Part shown: in pieces, positions 1 through 10,202 of the stretch
Position numbering within the stretch: position 1 is the first letter of the stretch
How the letters are laid out: each line of letters begins with the position of its first letter
Assembly (NCBI GenBank): GCA_963826535.1
Contig: CAWGXL010000011.1
Location: 320,809-384,808 of the forward strand
Reading direction: 5' to 3'
DNA: 64,000 bases
Source of the DNA: an uncultured bacterium
GTDB taxonomy: Bacteria > Patescibacteriota > Microgenomatia > Levybacterales > UBA12049
Position numbers and translations under genes: made by a program
Notes under the pieces: generated by a model
The model's input: only the letters and a program-made list of their open reading frames with translations
Databases searched by the model: none
Told to the model about the DNA's origin: nothing

Positions 1-921
1 CCAAAGGTGGATTTTGTGGCGATGCATGAAGATAGTAAATATAATGCCAAAGATGGGCTGAATGCTTACAATAAGTTAAAGGTGGATGGGGGTATTGATG
101 CGGTTATTACGCATGGCAGTCCGGTGGCAATAGCAATTCAACCAGTGGCAGCACAAGATAAAATTCTACAAATGGCAGTATCGGCTTCGGTTGCTGACTA
201 TAGCTCAGCGAATGACCTTTCTTTTCGTGTGAGTCCTAAAACTGATATTGAGACTAAGGTGATGGCAGAATATTTAGCAAAACAAAATTTACAGAATATT
301 GGTATTCTCTACTATAATAATGATATTGGGGTTAGTGTAGCTCGGGATTTTACTGCTGAATTGGGTAAACTAAACACAGATGTAAAAGTAGTTTCAAGCG
401 AAAGTTATCCGCTTGATACTAATGACTACCGGAGTTATTTGCTGAAAGTCAAAAATCTTAAGACTGATGGATTGTACGTGATTGGGACAGCTGCTCATAT
501 GAGCAATATTATAAAGCAAGCTCGTGAGCTTGATATTCAAGCTTCTGTGTTTGGTTTTAGGCCGACTGAAGATCCGGTTTTGTTAAAAAACCTAGGTCAA
601 CTCGCAGAAGGGATTATCTATACGTATGGTTTTGATACGTTAAGCACTGTGCCGCCGGCAAAACAATTTACCGCTGATTATAAACAACGATATAGTGAGC
701 TTCCTGATGGATTTGCGGCTGAAGGATATGAAGGGATGCGTTTGGTTGGCGAGGCGTTCGCGAAATGTGGTAAGGATAATGATTGTATTAAAAATTTCCT
801 ACTTAATCTGAAAGACTATGACTCAATCTTTGGCAAAATTTCTTTTGACCGGAATGGGGATATACTCTATCCGTTCTTCTTGAAAACTGTTAAAGATGGT
901 AAATTTTTAAGATTGGAATAA
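1..921 (+). CDS. ABC transporter substrate-binding protein, Liv/Peripla_BP_6 type (5'-truncated by window edge)
   Basis: Aligns to the middle and C-terminal parts of the three downstream paralogs (AYNKLK...GIDAVI, FDRNGD motifs). Lacks the N-terminal anchor they carry, so it is probably cut by the window start. Confidence 0.7.
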   Translation, partial: PKVDFVAMHEDSKYNAKDGLNAYNKLKVDGGIDAVITHGSPVAIAIQPVAAQDKILQMAVSASVADYSSANDLSFRVSPKTDIETKVMAEYLAKQNLQNIGILYYNNDIGVSVARDFTAELGKLNTDVKVVSSESYPLDTNDYRSYLLKVKNLKTDGLYVIGTAAHMSNIIKQARELDIQASVFGFRPTEDPVLLKNLGQLAEGIIYTYGFDTLSTVPPAKQFTADYKQRYSELPDGFAAEGYEGMRLVGEAFAKCGKDNDCIKNFLLNLKDYDSIFGKISFDRNGDILYPFFLKTVKDGKFLRLE

Positions 922-2051
922 TGAATATGAAAAAAATAATTATTTGGGTGGTAATAGGACTTGTATTAATTATTCTTATAGCTCTTATCGCTAATAGAAG
1001 TAGTCAACAAAATAATAATGTATCAATAAAAGTTGGGGCTATTGTTTTTCTTACAGGGGCTCAAGCGTCTCTTGGTGAAGAGGTTAGAAATGCATTATTG
1101 CTAGCCCAGGATATGAAGAACCCGATTTCAGATAAAAAAATTGAATTTGTTATAGAAGATAGCCAAGACGAACCCAAGTTGGCATTAGGTGCTTATAATA
1201 AATTGAAACAACAGAATATACCGGTAATTATTTCTACAGGAGATCAAGTAAGTTATGCACTCTCGCCAGTTGCAAATAAAGACAATGTCCTACTTCTGAT
1301 GACTGTGGCCGCTGCTACAGAAACTTCCGGAGACAATACTTTCAGAGCTTTTATCACTGCTGATAAGCAAGCAAATATCATGGCTGATTATTCTTCTAAA
1401 GTTTTGGGGAATAAAAAAGTTGCAGTTCTGTATATTAATAATATTTATGGGCAATCATATCTTGACACTTACAAAAATGCTTTAAATAAAAATGGCGCAG
1501 ACGTTGTGGCATCTGAAGCTTTTGGTATTGCAGATAATGAACTGAAAGCTCAAATTACGAAAATAATTGCAAACAACCCTGATACTGTTACCATTGTGGG
1601 TTTTGGCCCCGCATATATTGTTGCATTTAATCAACTCAGGCAATTTGGATGGAGCAAAAGTATTTTAACTGATAATACTTTATCAATTCCTTATTTTTTT
1701 AATTCTGTTGCACCTGAAAACCTGCGTGATATATATTTTACAAGTACGAACTTTGATACCCAAAATCCTACTAATCCAAGCATGGCCGAATTTATTCAGG
1801 AGTATAAAAAACGTTTTAAAACAGCCCCAAGTTTTGTGGGCGCATATACATTTGACCTCGTAGATGCATTATTTTATGCAATTCAAGGATGTGATTATAA
1901 TTCCGAATCAATTAAAAACTGCTTGCTTAAGATTAAGGATAAACAGGGAGTATTGGGATCCATTGATTTCTCTAGCCGAGAAATGAGAGTTCCTCTTTAT
2001 ATTAAAAAGGTGGAAAATGGTAAAGTTGTAACTCAACAAGAGATAAAGTAA
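921..2051 (+). CDS. ABC transporter substrate-binding protein, branched-chain amino acid (LivJ/K-like), N-terminal membrane anchor
   Basis: N-terminal TM helix followed by IKVGAIVFLTGAQASLGEE..GAYNKLK, the leucine-binding-protein fold signature. Paralog of 2860-3999 and 4080-5216. Confidence 0.75.
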   Translation: MNMKKIIIWVVIGLVLIILIALIANRSSQQNNNVSIKVGAIVFLTGAQASLGEEVRNALLLAQDMKNPISDKKIEFVIEDSQDEPKLALGAYNKLKQQNIPVIISTGDQVSYALSPVANKDNVLLLMTVAAATETSGDNTFRAFITADKQANIMADYSSKVLGNKKVAVLYINNIYGQSYLDTYKNALNKNGADVVASEAFGIADNELKAQITKIIANNPDTVTIVGFGPAYIVAFNQLRQFGWSKSILTDNTLSIPYFFNSVAPENLRDIYFTSTNFDTQNPTNPSMAEFIQEYKKRFKTAPSFVGAYTFDLVDALFYAIQGCDYNSESIKNCLLKIKDKQGVLGSIDFSSREMRVPLYIKKVENGKVVTQQEIK

Positions 2052-2060
2052 ATTTTAATT

Positions 2061-2813
2061 ATGGCTTTGCTTGCAACTAAAAATCTCGTAAAACATTTTG
2101 ATGGGGTTTATGCTGTTAATAAGCTGTCTATCTCCTTTGAGCCGGGGAAGATTACGGGTATTATCGGGCCGAATGGGTCGGGTAAATCGACATTAATTAA
2201 TGTCTTAACAGGTCTTCTGCCTAGTGACAGAGGTGAGATTGTGGTAGCAGGCGCAACTCATTTAACTCGAATCAGGACACATGAAGTCCCCTTTTACGGC
2301 ATGACAAGAACATTTCAAGACGCAAGACTTTTCGAGCAATTGCCGGTTCTTGATAATATCTTAGTTGTTTTAACTGACAGAGGTGTTTGGTCGGCATTGT
2401 TTGAGCGACACACGTCATTTCACATAGAAAAGGCAGAGGAAGTATTGAAAAAGGTTGGGCTTTGGGAGAAGCGAAACGCGCTGGCGAAGAATCTTTCGTA
2501 TGGCCAGCGTAAGCTGCTGGAAATTGCCAGGGCATTGGCAATCATGCACAGCGGGGCCGGGGATATAAATATTATTTTTTTTGATGAACCGTTTGCCGGA
2601 CTTTTTCCTGAGATGATTAAAATTGTGATGACTGTAATAAAAGAACTTCGCGATCAGGGAAAAACCGTGGTATTAGTTGAGCATAATATGGATTTGATCC
2701 GTGAGTTGTCTGATTATCTGTATGTGCTTGATTCAGGTATGCTTTTGGCCGCGGGAAAGCCTGAAGAAGTTCTCAAGAGGAAAGAGGTTATTGAAGCGTA
2801 TTTGGGGGAATGA
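2061..2813 (+). CDS. ABC transporter ATP-binding protein, LivG-like
   Basis: Walker A GPNGSGKST, ABC signature LSYGQRKLLEIARAL, Walker B IFFDEP. Confidence 0.85.
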   Translation: MALLATKNLVKHFDGVYAVNKLSISFEPGKITGIIGPNGSGKSTLINVLTGLLPSDRGEIVVAGATHLTRIRTHEVPFYGMTRTFQDARLFEQLPVLDNILVVLTDRGVWSALFERHTSFHIEKAEEVLKKVGLWEKRNALAKNLSYGQRKLLEIARALAIMHSGAGDINIIFFDEPFAGLFPEMIKIVMTVIKELRDQGKTVVLVEHNMDLIRELSDYLYVLDSGMLLAAGKPEEVLKRKEVIEAYLGE

Positions 2814-2859
2814 TATTATGTGTTAGATCAGAAATATTGCAAATAGCCTATTTATTAGT

Positions 2860-3999
2860 ATGAAAAATAAGGACGCAAAGCAGAGAGGCAACTTCAAATT
2901 AATAGCTTGGATTATAGTGATAATTCTAGTGGCGTGGGGCATTACAGCTGTATCCAGTAAAAGTTCAAGTGTAAATGAAAGTCCTATTAAGATTGGTGTG
3001 ATCGCGCCTCTTACAGGCAGTTTTGGTGTGTTAGGTGAAAGGATTAAAAATGGTTTTGAGCTAGCAAGGGATGAGTTCATTTCAGAAAAACCCAGCCGTA
3101 AAATTGATTTGATTATTGCAGATGCATGCCAACCAAAAGATACTGTTTCCGCTGTGAGAAAGATGGTTGATTCAGACAAGATTTCTATGCTTGGTGGTTC
3201 TTTTTGTCTTATTGGATTCGTCCCGGTTATTCCAATTCTGCAAGAAAGCAATATTTTAGGGTTTAATACTGCAGCTAATCCGGATATTACACTTAACCAG
3301 AAAAACATATTTTCGTTTAATAAATCCATAAAAGCTGATGCGACGAACCTTGCAAATTATGCTCTTGAGCATGGTGCGAAAACCGCTGCGGTGGTTTATT
3401 ATGTTACTCCTCTTGGGGAAGACTTTAACAAATACTTTACGTCAGTCTTTGATAGTGCAGGAGGAAAAATAGTCATAAATGAACCTGTTTCACTTGACGC
3501 TACCGATTTTCGAACAAGTCTTGCCAAAATCAAATCTTTAAACCCTGATGTGGTATTTGTAATACATTTAGCAAAACCGCTTGGAACATTTTTGAAACAG
3601 GCAAGAGAATTGGGCTTAAATTCTGTCGTCATGAGTCACTCTGAAGCAGAAGATCCTAATGTACTTGAAGCCGCCGGAGTTGCAGCAGAAGGCTTCATCA
3701 TCTCATCTTCAGATCCGGTTATAGAAACTAAGGAGATTAAGAATTTCAAAGAACTTTATTTAAAAGAATATGATGTTCAGCCTGATATACTCGCGGCTGT
3801 AGCATATGATTCTCTTAAATTGCAGGTGTCTGCTTATGAAAAATGTGGTGGGGAAATTGAGTGTATGAAGAAAGAATTCAAAGAGATTAAAAATTACAAT
3901 GGAGCTAGTGGAGAAATAAGTATGAATGCTGACGGGTCAACTGATAAGCCCACAAATTTCAAAGTTGTAAAAAATGGGAAATTTGTTGAGATAAAATAA
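2860..3999 (+). CDS. ABC transporter substrate-binding protein (LivJ-like paralog)
   Basis: TM anchor followed by IKIGVIAPLTGSFGVLGE. Same architecture as the neighbouring substrate-binding genes. Confidence 0.75.
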   Translation: MKNKDAKQRGNFKLIAWIIVIILVAWGITAVSSKSSSVNESPIKIGVIAPLTGSFGVLGERIKNGFELARDEFISEKPSRKIDLIIADACQPKDTVSAVRKMVDSDKISMLGGSFCLIGFVPVIPILQESNILGFNTAANPDITLNQKNIFSFNKSIKADATNLANYALEHGAKTAAVVYYVTPLGEDFNKYFTSVFDSAGGKIVINEPVSLDATDFRTSLAKIKSLNPDVVFVIHLAKPLGTFLKQARELGLNSVVMSHSEAEDPNVLEAAGVAAEGFIISSSDPVIETKEIKNFKELYLKEYDVQPDILAAVAYDSLKLQVSAYEKCGGEIECMKKEFKEIKNYNGASGEISMNADGSTDKPTNFKVVKNGKFVEIK

Positions 4000-4079
4000 C
4001 CTATGCACGGAGAGCCTCTATTGATACTGCAAAACATTTCGGTTCATTACATAAGAGTAATTGGAAGAATGATAAATTT

Positions 4080-5216
4080 ATGAATAAATACGCAATAATG
4101 CTTATTGGATTGGGAATATTGATTTTGGGAGCTGTATTAGTCACTATCAATAATAAATCAGGGTCAGAAACAGTTAAAATAGGAGCAATTCTGCCTTTAA
4201 CCGGCAATAATATAGATCAGGGCGAATGGGTCAAACAGGGATTAGAATTAGCGCAAGAACAGATTAATAAAAATCAAGAAAAAAAGATCGAGGTTATAAT
4301 TGAAGATAGTCAGGGAGACACCATTAAGGCAATTTCTGCTTATAGGCGAATAAGAGAAAAATTTAATATACCAGCTGTTATTACATGGGGGTCCGGAATT
4401 GGCGTAGCGTTAACGCCCATTGTTAACGGAGATAAAGTTGTACAATTTGGGGTAGCGACAGCGACAGCAGATTATAGTACTCCTGACGACTTTACTTTCC
4501 GTGACTTTCCTACTTCAGCTGAAGAAGCAAAATTTACCGCAAATTTTATTCTTAACCGGTTAAAACAACAACGAGTTGCTGTTTTGAAAATAAATAATGA
4601 CTACGGATCAAGTGTCTCAAAGCTTTTTACTGATGAATTTAAAAAAACCGGTGGAATAGTAACATTCGAAGATTCGTTTGCACCAAATATCTCTGATTTT
4701 CGACCACATTTAACGAAACTTCAAAATGATTCAGCTGATCTGGTCTACATGGCTACTTATCCGAAAGAAGGTGCTTTGTTGCTTAAACAGGCAAAAGAAA
4801 TAGGTATTGAGAGAAGTTTCTTGGCAGCCGGAGCGATTTTAGGCGGGGAGACTTTTTTTGGCACAGCAGGGAATGCAGCTGAGGGGCTAATGGTAATAAC
4901 ATCTGCTCCTAATTTCTCCCAAACAAATAATCTTGTTGTACAAAATTTCGTACAGGCTTATATAGACAAGTATGGAAAAAATCCAGGGCCGCAACAACTC
5001 TATAGCGCAAGAGCATATGATGCATTAAATATTATCGCTTTGGCACAAAAACAATGTACTCAAACTTCCAATACTGAATGTCTAAAGAACAATATCGCAA
5101 AGGTTAAAGATTATAATGGTGTTTCAGGGAATATCTCTTTTGACTTGAATGGGGATATTACTACTCAATTTAATGTTCAAACAGTAAAAGATAATCAATT
5201 TTATGAATATAAATAA
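4080..5216 (+). CDS. ABC transporter substrate-binding protein (LivJ-like paralog)
   Basis: TM anchor followed by VKIGAILPLTGNNIDQGE...AYRRI. Shares the C-terminal FDLNGD motif with the paralogs. Confidence 0.75.
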   Translation: MNKYAIMLIGLGILILGAVLVTINNKSGSETVKIGAILPLTGNNIDQGEWVKQGLELAQEQINKNQEKKIEVIIEDSQGDTIKAISAYRRIREKFNIPAVITWGSGIGVALTPIVNGDKVVQFGVATATADYSTPDDFTFRDFPTSAEEAKFTANFILNRLKQQRVAVLKINNDYGSSVSKLFTDEFKKTGGIVTFEDSFAPNISDFRPHLTKLQNDSADLVYMATYPKEGALLLKQAKEIGIERSFLAAGAILGGETFFGTAGNAAEGLMVITSAPNFSQTNNLVVQNFVQAYIDKYGKNPGPQQLYSARAYDALNIIALAQKQCTQTSNTECLKNNIAKVKDYNGVSGNISFDLNGDITTQFNVQTVKDNQFYEYK

Positions 5217-5934
5217 ATCAAAAGAGACTTTACTTAGACTAAATGATATACATGTTCATTATGGAGGCGTGAGAGCGCTTGAGGGTGTGTCTATTTCCAT
5301 AGACACAGGCGAGGTTGTTGCATTGATGGGGCCTAATGGGGCGGGGAAATCTACAATTCTTAAAACAATATTTGGACTTGCACCAATAGAATCGGGAGAA
5401 GTGCAATGGGCGGGACATGCGTTTGTGCCTGTATCACACGACGTTGTGCAGATGGGAATTTCATTTGTGCCTCAGGGGAGACGGGTTTTTCGGCATCTCA
5501 CTGTTTATGAAAATCTTGAAATAGGAGGATGGATTATCAAAGATTCTAAACTGAGAAAAAAACGCACTGAAGATGTGCTTGGGATTTTCCCGGCACTTGG
5601 TGCAAAAATTAGATTAAAGTCTGGCGCTCTTTCAGGTGGCCAACAGCAAATGCTGGCAATAGCCCGAGGGCTTATGACTGATCCAAAGGTGCTTCTACTT
5701 GATGAGCCGTCCCTTGGTCTTGCTCCAAAAATTGTCAAAGAAGTTTTCACTAAAATTAAGGAGATAAACGCGCGACGGAAAATGGCAATTATTGTGGTGG
5801 AGCATAATCTGAAGTCACTTCTCGGAATCGCAAATCGGGCATATGTTTTGGATAAAGGGAAAATTTATACAGAAGGGCTGCCAGGAGATATTATTAAAAA
5901 TAAGGTGCTGGAAAAAGTATTTTTGTCAGCTTAA
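5203..5934 (+). CDS. ABC transporter ATP-binding protein, LivF-like
   Basis: Walker [10 protein letters not shown], signature [15 protein letters not shown], Walker [13 protein letters not shown]. Confidence 0.85.
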   Translation: MNINKSKETLLRLNDIHVHYGGVRALEGVSISIDTGEVVALMGPNGAGKSTILKTIFGLAPIESGEVQWAGHAFVPVSHDVVQMGISFVPQGRRVFRHLTVYENLEIGGWIIKDSKLRKKRTEDVLGIFPALGAKIRLKSGALSGGQQQMLAIARGLMTDPKVLLLDEPSLGLAPKIVKEVFTKIKEINARRKMAIIVVEHNLKSLLGIANRAYVLDKGKIYTEGLPGDIIKNKVLEKVFLSA

Positions 5935-7008
5935 ATAGTCTTTGAGTTTGTTGCCGCGGGAAGGATGGCGGAGTTTGCGCAGCGCCTTGGCTTCGATTTG
6001 GCGGATACGTTCCCGGGTTACTTTGAATTCTTTTCCTACTTCTTCCAGTGTCCGCGATCTGCCGTCGTCAAGACCGAAGCGGAGTTCCAGGACTTTTTTT
6101 TCTCTTTCGGTTAATGTAGAAAGCACTTGATTTACCTGTTCTTTTAACAGTTCACGTGAGGCAGAGTCAAAGAGAGTCGGAGCTGAGGAGTCATGGATGA
6201 AGTCTCCTAAACGGCTGTCTTCTTCGTCGCCGACCGGCGCTTCTAAGGAGGCCGGGTTTTGGGATATTTTGATAATCTCAAGAGCTTTCTCCGGCTCTAT
6301 GCCCAGGACTTTGGCGACTTCTTCAGGAGTGGGTTCACGACCTAATTCCTGCATGAGTTTTCTTTGACTGCGGAGGAATCTATTAATATTCTCTACCATA
6401 TGGACAGGGATACGGATAGTACGTGCCTGGTCAGCAATTGCACGAGTCACCGATTGACGTATCCACCAGGTGGCATAGGTTGAAAATTTGAATCCCCGTC
6501 TCCAATCGTACTTTTCAACTGCCCGGATGAGACCTTGATTGCCCTCTTGAATTAAATCAAGCAAAGATAGGCCGCGGCCAATGTATTTCTTGGCAATCGA
6601 CACAACCAGACGAAGGTTGGAATTAATTAGTTTCTTTTTGGCTTCATAATCCCCTTTTTCAACTCGTTGAGCCAGATTGATCTCCTCTTCAAAGGTTAAC
6701 AGCGGAATACGTCCAATTTCTTTGAGGTACATTCTTACGGGATCGGAGATGGATCCTTCGGTAAGCATAGTTAAGGCTTCTAATTCTTTTTTGAGGTCTT
6801 CGATCGGTTTTTGTACTTCCTGTTCTTGTACGACGCTTTCAAACACGTCGATGTTGGATTTCATTAACTTGTCGTACAAACTATCAAGTTCTTCGATGTG
6901 TTCTTCGGGTTTGGTAAAAATACCTAAAATTTCGTCTTGGGTGATGTAGCCACGCTTTTTAGCGGACGTGACAATATCCGTCAGAAACGGTGATAATTTT
7001 ACCGGCAT
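5926..7008 (-). CDS. rpoD: RNA polymerase sigma-70 factor RpoD/SigA
   Basis: Region 1.2/2 motifs [12 protein letters not shown] and IRIPVHMVE, a region 4 HTH, and an [23 protein letters not shown]-terminus. Confidence 0.9.
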   Translation of the reverse strand: MPVKLSPFLTDIVTSAKKRGYITQDEILGIFTKPEEHIEELDSLYDKLMKSNIDVFESVVQEQEVQKPIEDLKKELEALTMLTEGSISDPVRMYLKEIGRIPLLTFEEEINLAQRVEKGDYEAKKKLINSNLRLVVSIAKKYIGRGLSLLDLIQEGNQGLIRAVEKYDWRRGFKFSTYATWWIRQSVTRAIADQARTIRIPVHMVENINRFLRSQRKLMQELGREPTPEEVAKVLGIEPEKALEIIKISQNPASLEAPVGDEEDSRLGDFIHDSSAPTLFDSASRELLKEQVNQVLSTLTEREKKVLELRFGLDDGRSRTLEEVGKEFKVTRERIRQIEAKALRKLRHPSRGNKLKDYLS

Positions 7009-7068
7009 AGATGTATTTTAGCACAGGACGGTTGATATGCAAGCAGAGCATTTATACCCCAAGTTAGT

Positions 7069-8154
7069 TTAGGGCGCACCATTATAGATGGCTGTAATTT
7101 CAGAAAGTGAGAGAGCCCTGTTGTAGATACGAACGTCGTCGATCTGGCCGTCCATTTCCGAATCTCCGGTGTCGTCTGCTCCGATCCTGAGCGGTTGTGT
7201 ATGCGCGAGACTCGCGGAACTCGCGGAGAGGCTGCCCGCGAACACGCCGTCTTGGTACAGAAAGATCGTCGAGCCTTGGCGCATGCCCACGACATGGTGC
7301 CAGGCGCCGTCGTTAATCGGGGTTGGCCCAGTCACCTGGTAGAAGACGTTACTGACCCATACTTCAAACATGGGCTTGTAGCTAGAAACAGAATCCATGA
7401 CCAGATCCCAACTCGTGCGGATCCCCCCGGGATTAGCGAGCTTGTGCACAATTGCCGGATATGAGTTGCTCGCCTCTGTCGATTTCACCCACGCCGAGAT
7501 CGTAAAGTTCTGACTGGCGCCGAAGTTGATGGACGAATGGTTCGGCACGCTGACATAATCACCACTCCCATGCCCATCAAAATCCAGTGCCTGGCCGAGT
7601 TTGCCGGTTGACCAGGTTGGAGTGCCTGTGAGGGTACCGTTGTTGCCAGTGCCAGAGGAATCGGCTGCTGTCATCCCTGATCCTTCATTAAATTTCCAGT
7701 GGCCAACCCTGCCGGGGATGGGAGTTGGAGTTGGAGTGGGTGTGAGAGTTGAGGTTGGAGTTGGAGTTGGTATGGTCAAAGTTTCATTCCAGCTATTCAT
7801 TACAATACCATTTGTCCGGTTAAAGGCAACTTGCACTGTCCGGTTGAAAGAGGTTGCCGTAGTTGTTGCGGTTATTGTCCAGTTATTGCCAGCTTTTGCC
7901 ACAGTTATAATACAGGTGCCTTCCGGACGGGTTATATTTCCTCCGTTATATGAGTTGCTTGCCCATGCTTTCAAAAGCGCATCTTCGGCACACCCTTCCA
8001 CTAACTGTAAATTCTCCTCGCCTTTATTCATTGCTAAAGAAGTTTGTGCTTCTCCTATTGCCAAGAGCGAGACGGTAGACGCGGTTGAAAGGGCAACTGC
8101 TGAAATGATAAGGACGGTTACTAATGCAATAAATCCACTTGGTTGGTTATTCAT
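7069..8154 (-). CDS. Prepilin-like protein with C-terminal LamG/concanavalin-A-like lectin domain (cassette gene D)
   Basis: N-terminal [15 protein letters not shown] hydrophobic prepilin-like segment, a TPTPTP linker, then GHWKFNEGSG...DGQIDDVRIYNRALS (Laminin_G_3-like jelly-roll). First 139 aa are identical to 8211-9635. Confidence 0.6.
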   Translation of the reverse strand: MNNQPSGFIALVTVLIISAVALSTASTVSLLAIGEAQTSLAMNKGEENLQLVEGCAEDALLKAWASNSYNGGNITRPEGTCIITVAKAGNNWTITATTTATSFNRTVQVAFNRTNGIVMNSWNETLTIPTPTPTSTLTPTPTPTPIPGRVGHWKFNEGSGMTAADSSGTGNNGTLTGTPTWSTGKLGQALDFDGHGSGDYVSVPNHSSINFGASQNFTISAWVKSTEASNSYPAIVHKLANPGGIRTSWDLVMDSVSSYKPMFEVWVSNVFYQVTGPTPINDGAWHHVVGMRQGSTIFLYQDGVFAGSLSASSASLAHTQPLRIGADDTGDSEMDGQIDDVRIYNRALSLSEITAIYNGAP

Positions 8155-8204
8155 ATTTAATTACTTCGTATCTCTGCACTTCCTTCAATTGTTGTGGATT
8201 CCTT
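7738..8204. repeat. 467-bp direct repeat, copy 1 (shared 5' coding module plus 50 nt upstream of the pilin-LamG genes)
   Basis: Direct comparison with 9219-9685 shows near-100% identity. I saw one mismatch. Confidence 0.9.
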
Positions 8205-8210
8205 TTTACC

Positions 8211-9635
8211 TTATTGAGCACCATTGTAGATGGCAGTGATTTCAGAACCTGAGAGCACCCTGTTGTAAACGCGGACGTCGTCTATCTTACCTTTGAACCA
8301 AAGGGAATTATACAATGTTCCTCCGATAGACTTGTTATTTGCGGAGTCATTAAACACATTAGTGCTATTCCCGACTGTTTGATAAGCTACTTCCGCATTA
8401 TTAACGTAGATACGAATACCGGTTCCGGTTCCGGTTCCGTTCCAGGTTACAGTGATGAATTGCCATGTGTTCAACTGCACTACGTTGTTCACCGACCTTC
8501 TTAAGAGGTTAGACCCGGAGACGTCCACGGCAAATTCAAGCGGATAATTCGGATATATCATAAGGTCATACCCATCAGCGGTGCCGGCCGGAGTATCGGA
8601 ATTATACAGTTTTATCTCTGTGGATCCACCGGAATTGGCGTAGATCCACATGGCGATTGTCACGGGTGTAACATTATCAAGCGAAGAACCTGACCCAACA
8701 TTTACCACATCATTCACGCCGTCAAAAGAGAGAGCCTGACCGAATCTGCCTGTTGTCCAAGTGGGTCCGCCGGTGAGGGCGCCTGTGTTGCCATTTCCGC
8801 TTGAGTCGAAGGCTTGGCTCCCCGAACCTTCATCAAATTTCCAGTGGCCACGCCTGCCGGGGATGGGAGTGGGGGTAGGAGTCGGGGCTATAGTCGGGGT
8901 AGGAGTTCTTGTCGGTGTTGGAGGAATTGGAGTAGGAGTTCTTGTTGGAGTCGGAGTTGGAGGAATTGGAGTAGGAGTTCTTGTTGGAGTCGGAGTTGGA
9001 GGAATTGGAGTAGGAGTTCTTGTTGGAGTCGGAGTTGGAGGAACGGGAGTTGGAGTTCTTGTCGGTGTTGGAGGGATTGGAGTGGGAGTTCTTGTTGGAG
9101 TCGGTGGGACGGGAGTGGGGGTGAGAGTGGGAGTTGGGGTTGGAGTCGGAGGAATTGGAGTGGGAGTTCTTGTTGGTGTTGGAGGGATAGGAGTGGGAGT
9201 TGGAGTTGGGGTGGGAGTGGGTGTGAGAGTTGAGGTGGGAGTTGGAGTTGGTATGGTCAAAGTTTCATTCCAGCTATTCATTACAATACCATTTGTCCGG
9301 TTAAAGGCAACTTGCACTGTCCGGTTGAAAGAGGTTGCCGTAGTTGTTGCGGTTATTGTCCAGTTATTGCCAGCTTTTGCCACAGTTATAATACAGGTGC
9401 CTTCCGGACGGGTTATATTTCCTCCGTTATATGAGTTGCTTGCCCATGCTTTCAAAAGCGCATCTTCGGCACACCCTTCCACTAACTGTAAATTCTCCTC
9501 GCCTTTATTCATTGCTAAAGAAGTTTGTGCTTCTCCTATTGCCAAGAGCGAGACGGTAGACGCGGTTGAAAGGGCAACTGCTGAAATGATAAGGACGGTT
9601 ACTAATGCAATAAATCCACTTGGTTGGTTATTCAT
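8211..9635 (-). CDS. Prepilin-like protein with long Thr-Pro repeat linker and C-terminal LamG-like lectin domain (cassette gene C)
   Basis: N-terminal module identical to gene D, then about 100 aa of ([13 protein letters not shown])n, then a [23 protein letters not shown]...[13 protein letters not shown] LamG-type domain that differs from gene D. Confidence 0.6.
   Translation of the reverse strand: MNNQPSGFIALVTVLIISAVALSTASTVSLLAIGEAQTSLAMNKGEENLQLVEGCAEDALLKAWASNSYNGGNITRPEGTCIITVAKAGNNWTITATTTATSFNRTVQVAFNRTNGIVMNSWNETLTIPTPTPTSTLTPTPTPTPTPTPIPPTPTRTPTPIPPTPTPTPTLTPTPVPPTPTRTPTPIPPTPTRTPTPVPPTPTPTRTPTPIPPTPTPTRTPTPIPPTPTPTRTPTPIPPTPTRTPTPTIAPTPTPTPIPGRRGHWKFDEGSGSQAFDSSGNGNTGALTGGPTWTTGRFGQALSFDGVNDVVNVGSGSSLDNVTPVTIAMWIYANSGGSTEIKLYNSDTPAGTADGYDLMIYPNYPLEFAVDVSGSNLLRRSVNNVVQLNTWQFITVTWNGTGTGTGIRIYVNNAEVAYQTVGNSTNVFNDSANNKSIGGTLYNSLWFKGKIDDVRVYNRVLSGSEITAIYNGAQ
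8880..9230. repeat. Tandem 39/45-nt minisatellite encoding a Thr-Pro-rich linker
   Basis: The unit ggaggaattggagtaggagttcttgttggagtcggagtt and close variants repeat about 8 times inside 8211-9635. Confidence 0.8.
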
Positions 9636-9685
9636 ATTTAATTACTTCGTATCTCTGCACTTCCTTCAATTGTTGTGGATTCCTT
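9219..9685. repeat. 467-bp direct repeat, copy 2
   Basis: Matches 7738-8204. Confidence 0.9.
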
Positions 9686-10186
9686 ATATTCCTGTCTGAG
9701 TCCAGCGCCAGGATAATTTGCTGCAAGGGTAAAGACAAATTGAATATTTTTGGTTTCATTGAATTCCGAGGAGTAGTTAGTAAAGTTTAAAGAGGAAAAG
9801 GTAGTGTTTTTTGAGTTTATACTTATGGGACTTCCTGTACCTTGTTGTATGACTATATTTCCGGAGTTGAGAGTAATAATTGTGGGGTTTGTTGCCGGGT
9901 TTTTTGTGGCCAGAGATATCTGTGTTGGGGTAAAATAGTTAATATTGTCGGCATTTCTGATTTCATACTTCAGCCGTTCACTTACATAGCGGGCTTGTGA
10001 AAATACTTCCTGTTGGGTGGCGCTTTTTGCGCCGCCTCCTATCACATTCCAGGCAAATGGAATCAGGGTTGTCATCATAATAATAATTGTAGCGCTATAT
10101 ATAAGTAGTTCAAGTAAAGTAAAACCTGCCTGCAAATGAGTGTGGTTTCCAGTTTTTAATTTACATGTTTGAGTTTTCTGATTCAT
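9638..10186 (-). CDS. Pseudopilin / minor pilin with prepilin-type N-terminal cleavage-methylation motif
   Basis: [13 protein letters not shown] is a class III signal (G|FTLLE) followed by a hydrophobic helix. Start placed at the internal ATG (MNQKT) to avoid overlap with the upstream gene. Confidence 0.65.
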   Translation of the reverse strand: MNQKTQTCKLKTGNHTHLQAGFTLLELLIYSATIIIMMTTLIPFAWNVIGGGAKSATQQEVFSQARYVSERLKYEIRNADNINYFTPTQISLATKNPATNPTIITLNSGNIVIQQGTGSPISINSKNTTFSSLNFTNYSSEFNETKNIQFVFTLAANYPGAGLRQEYKESTTIEGSAEIRSN

Positions 10187-10202
10187 AGTCTGTTTTTTCC
10201 TA

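Noticed and set aside
2272-3632. Antisense ORFs inside livG-like and substrate-binding genes (2272-2541, 2823-3329, 3399-3632)
   Set aside because: They are embedded opposite strongly supported ABC transporter genes and have no motifs.
8880-9230. Regular 39/45-nt tandem repeats that could resemble a CRISPR array
   Set aside because: The units are contiguous with no unique spacers, lie in-frame inside a gene, and encode a TP-rich linker. No cas genes are nearby.
7601-9699. Plus-strand ORFs rich in GVGVGV repeats (7601-8239, 8761-9699, 8814-9233)
   Set aside because: They are reverse-complement read-through of the Thr-Pro (acncc) repeat linkers of the minus-strand pilin-lectin genes, so they are not independent genes.
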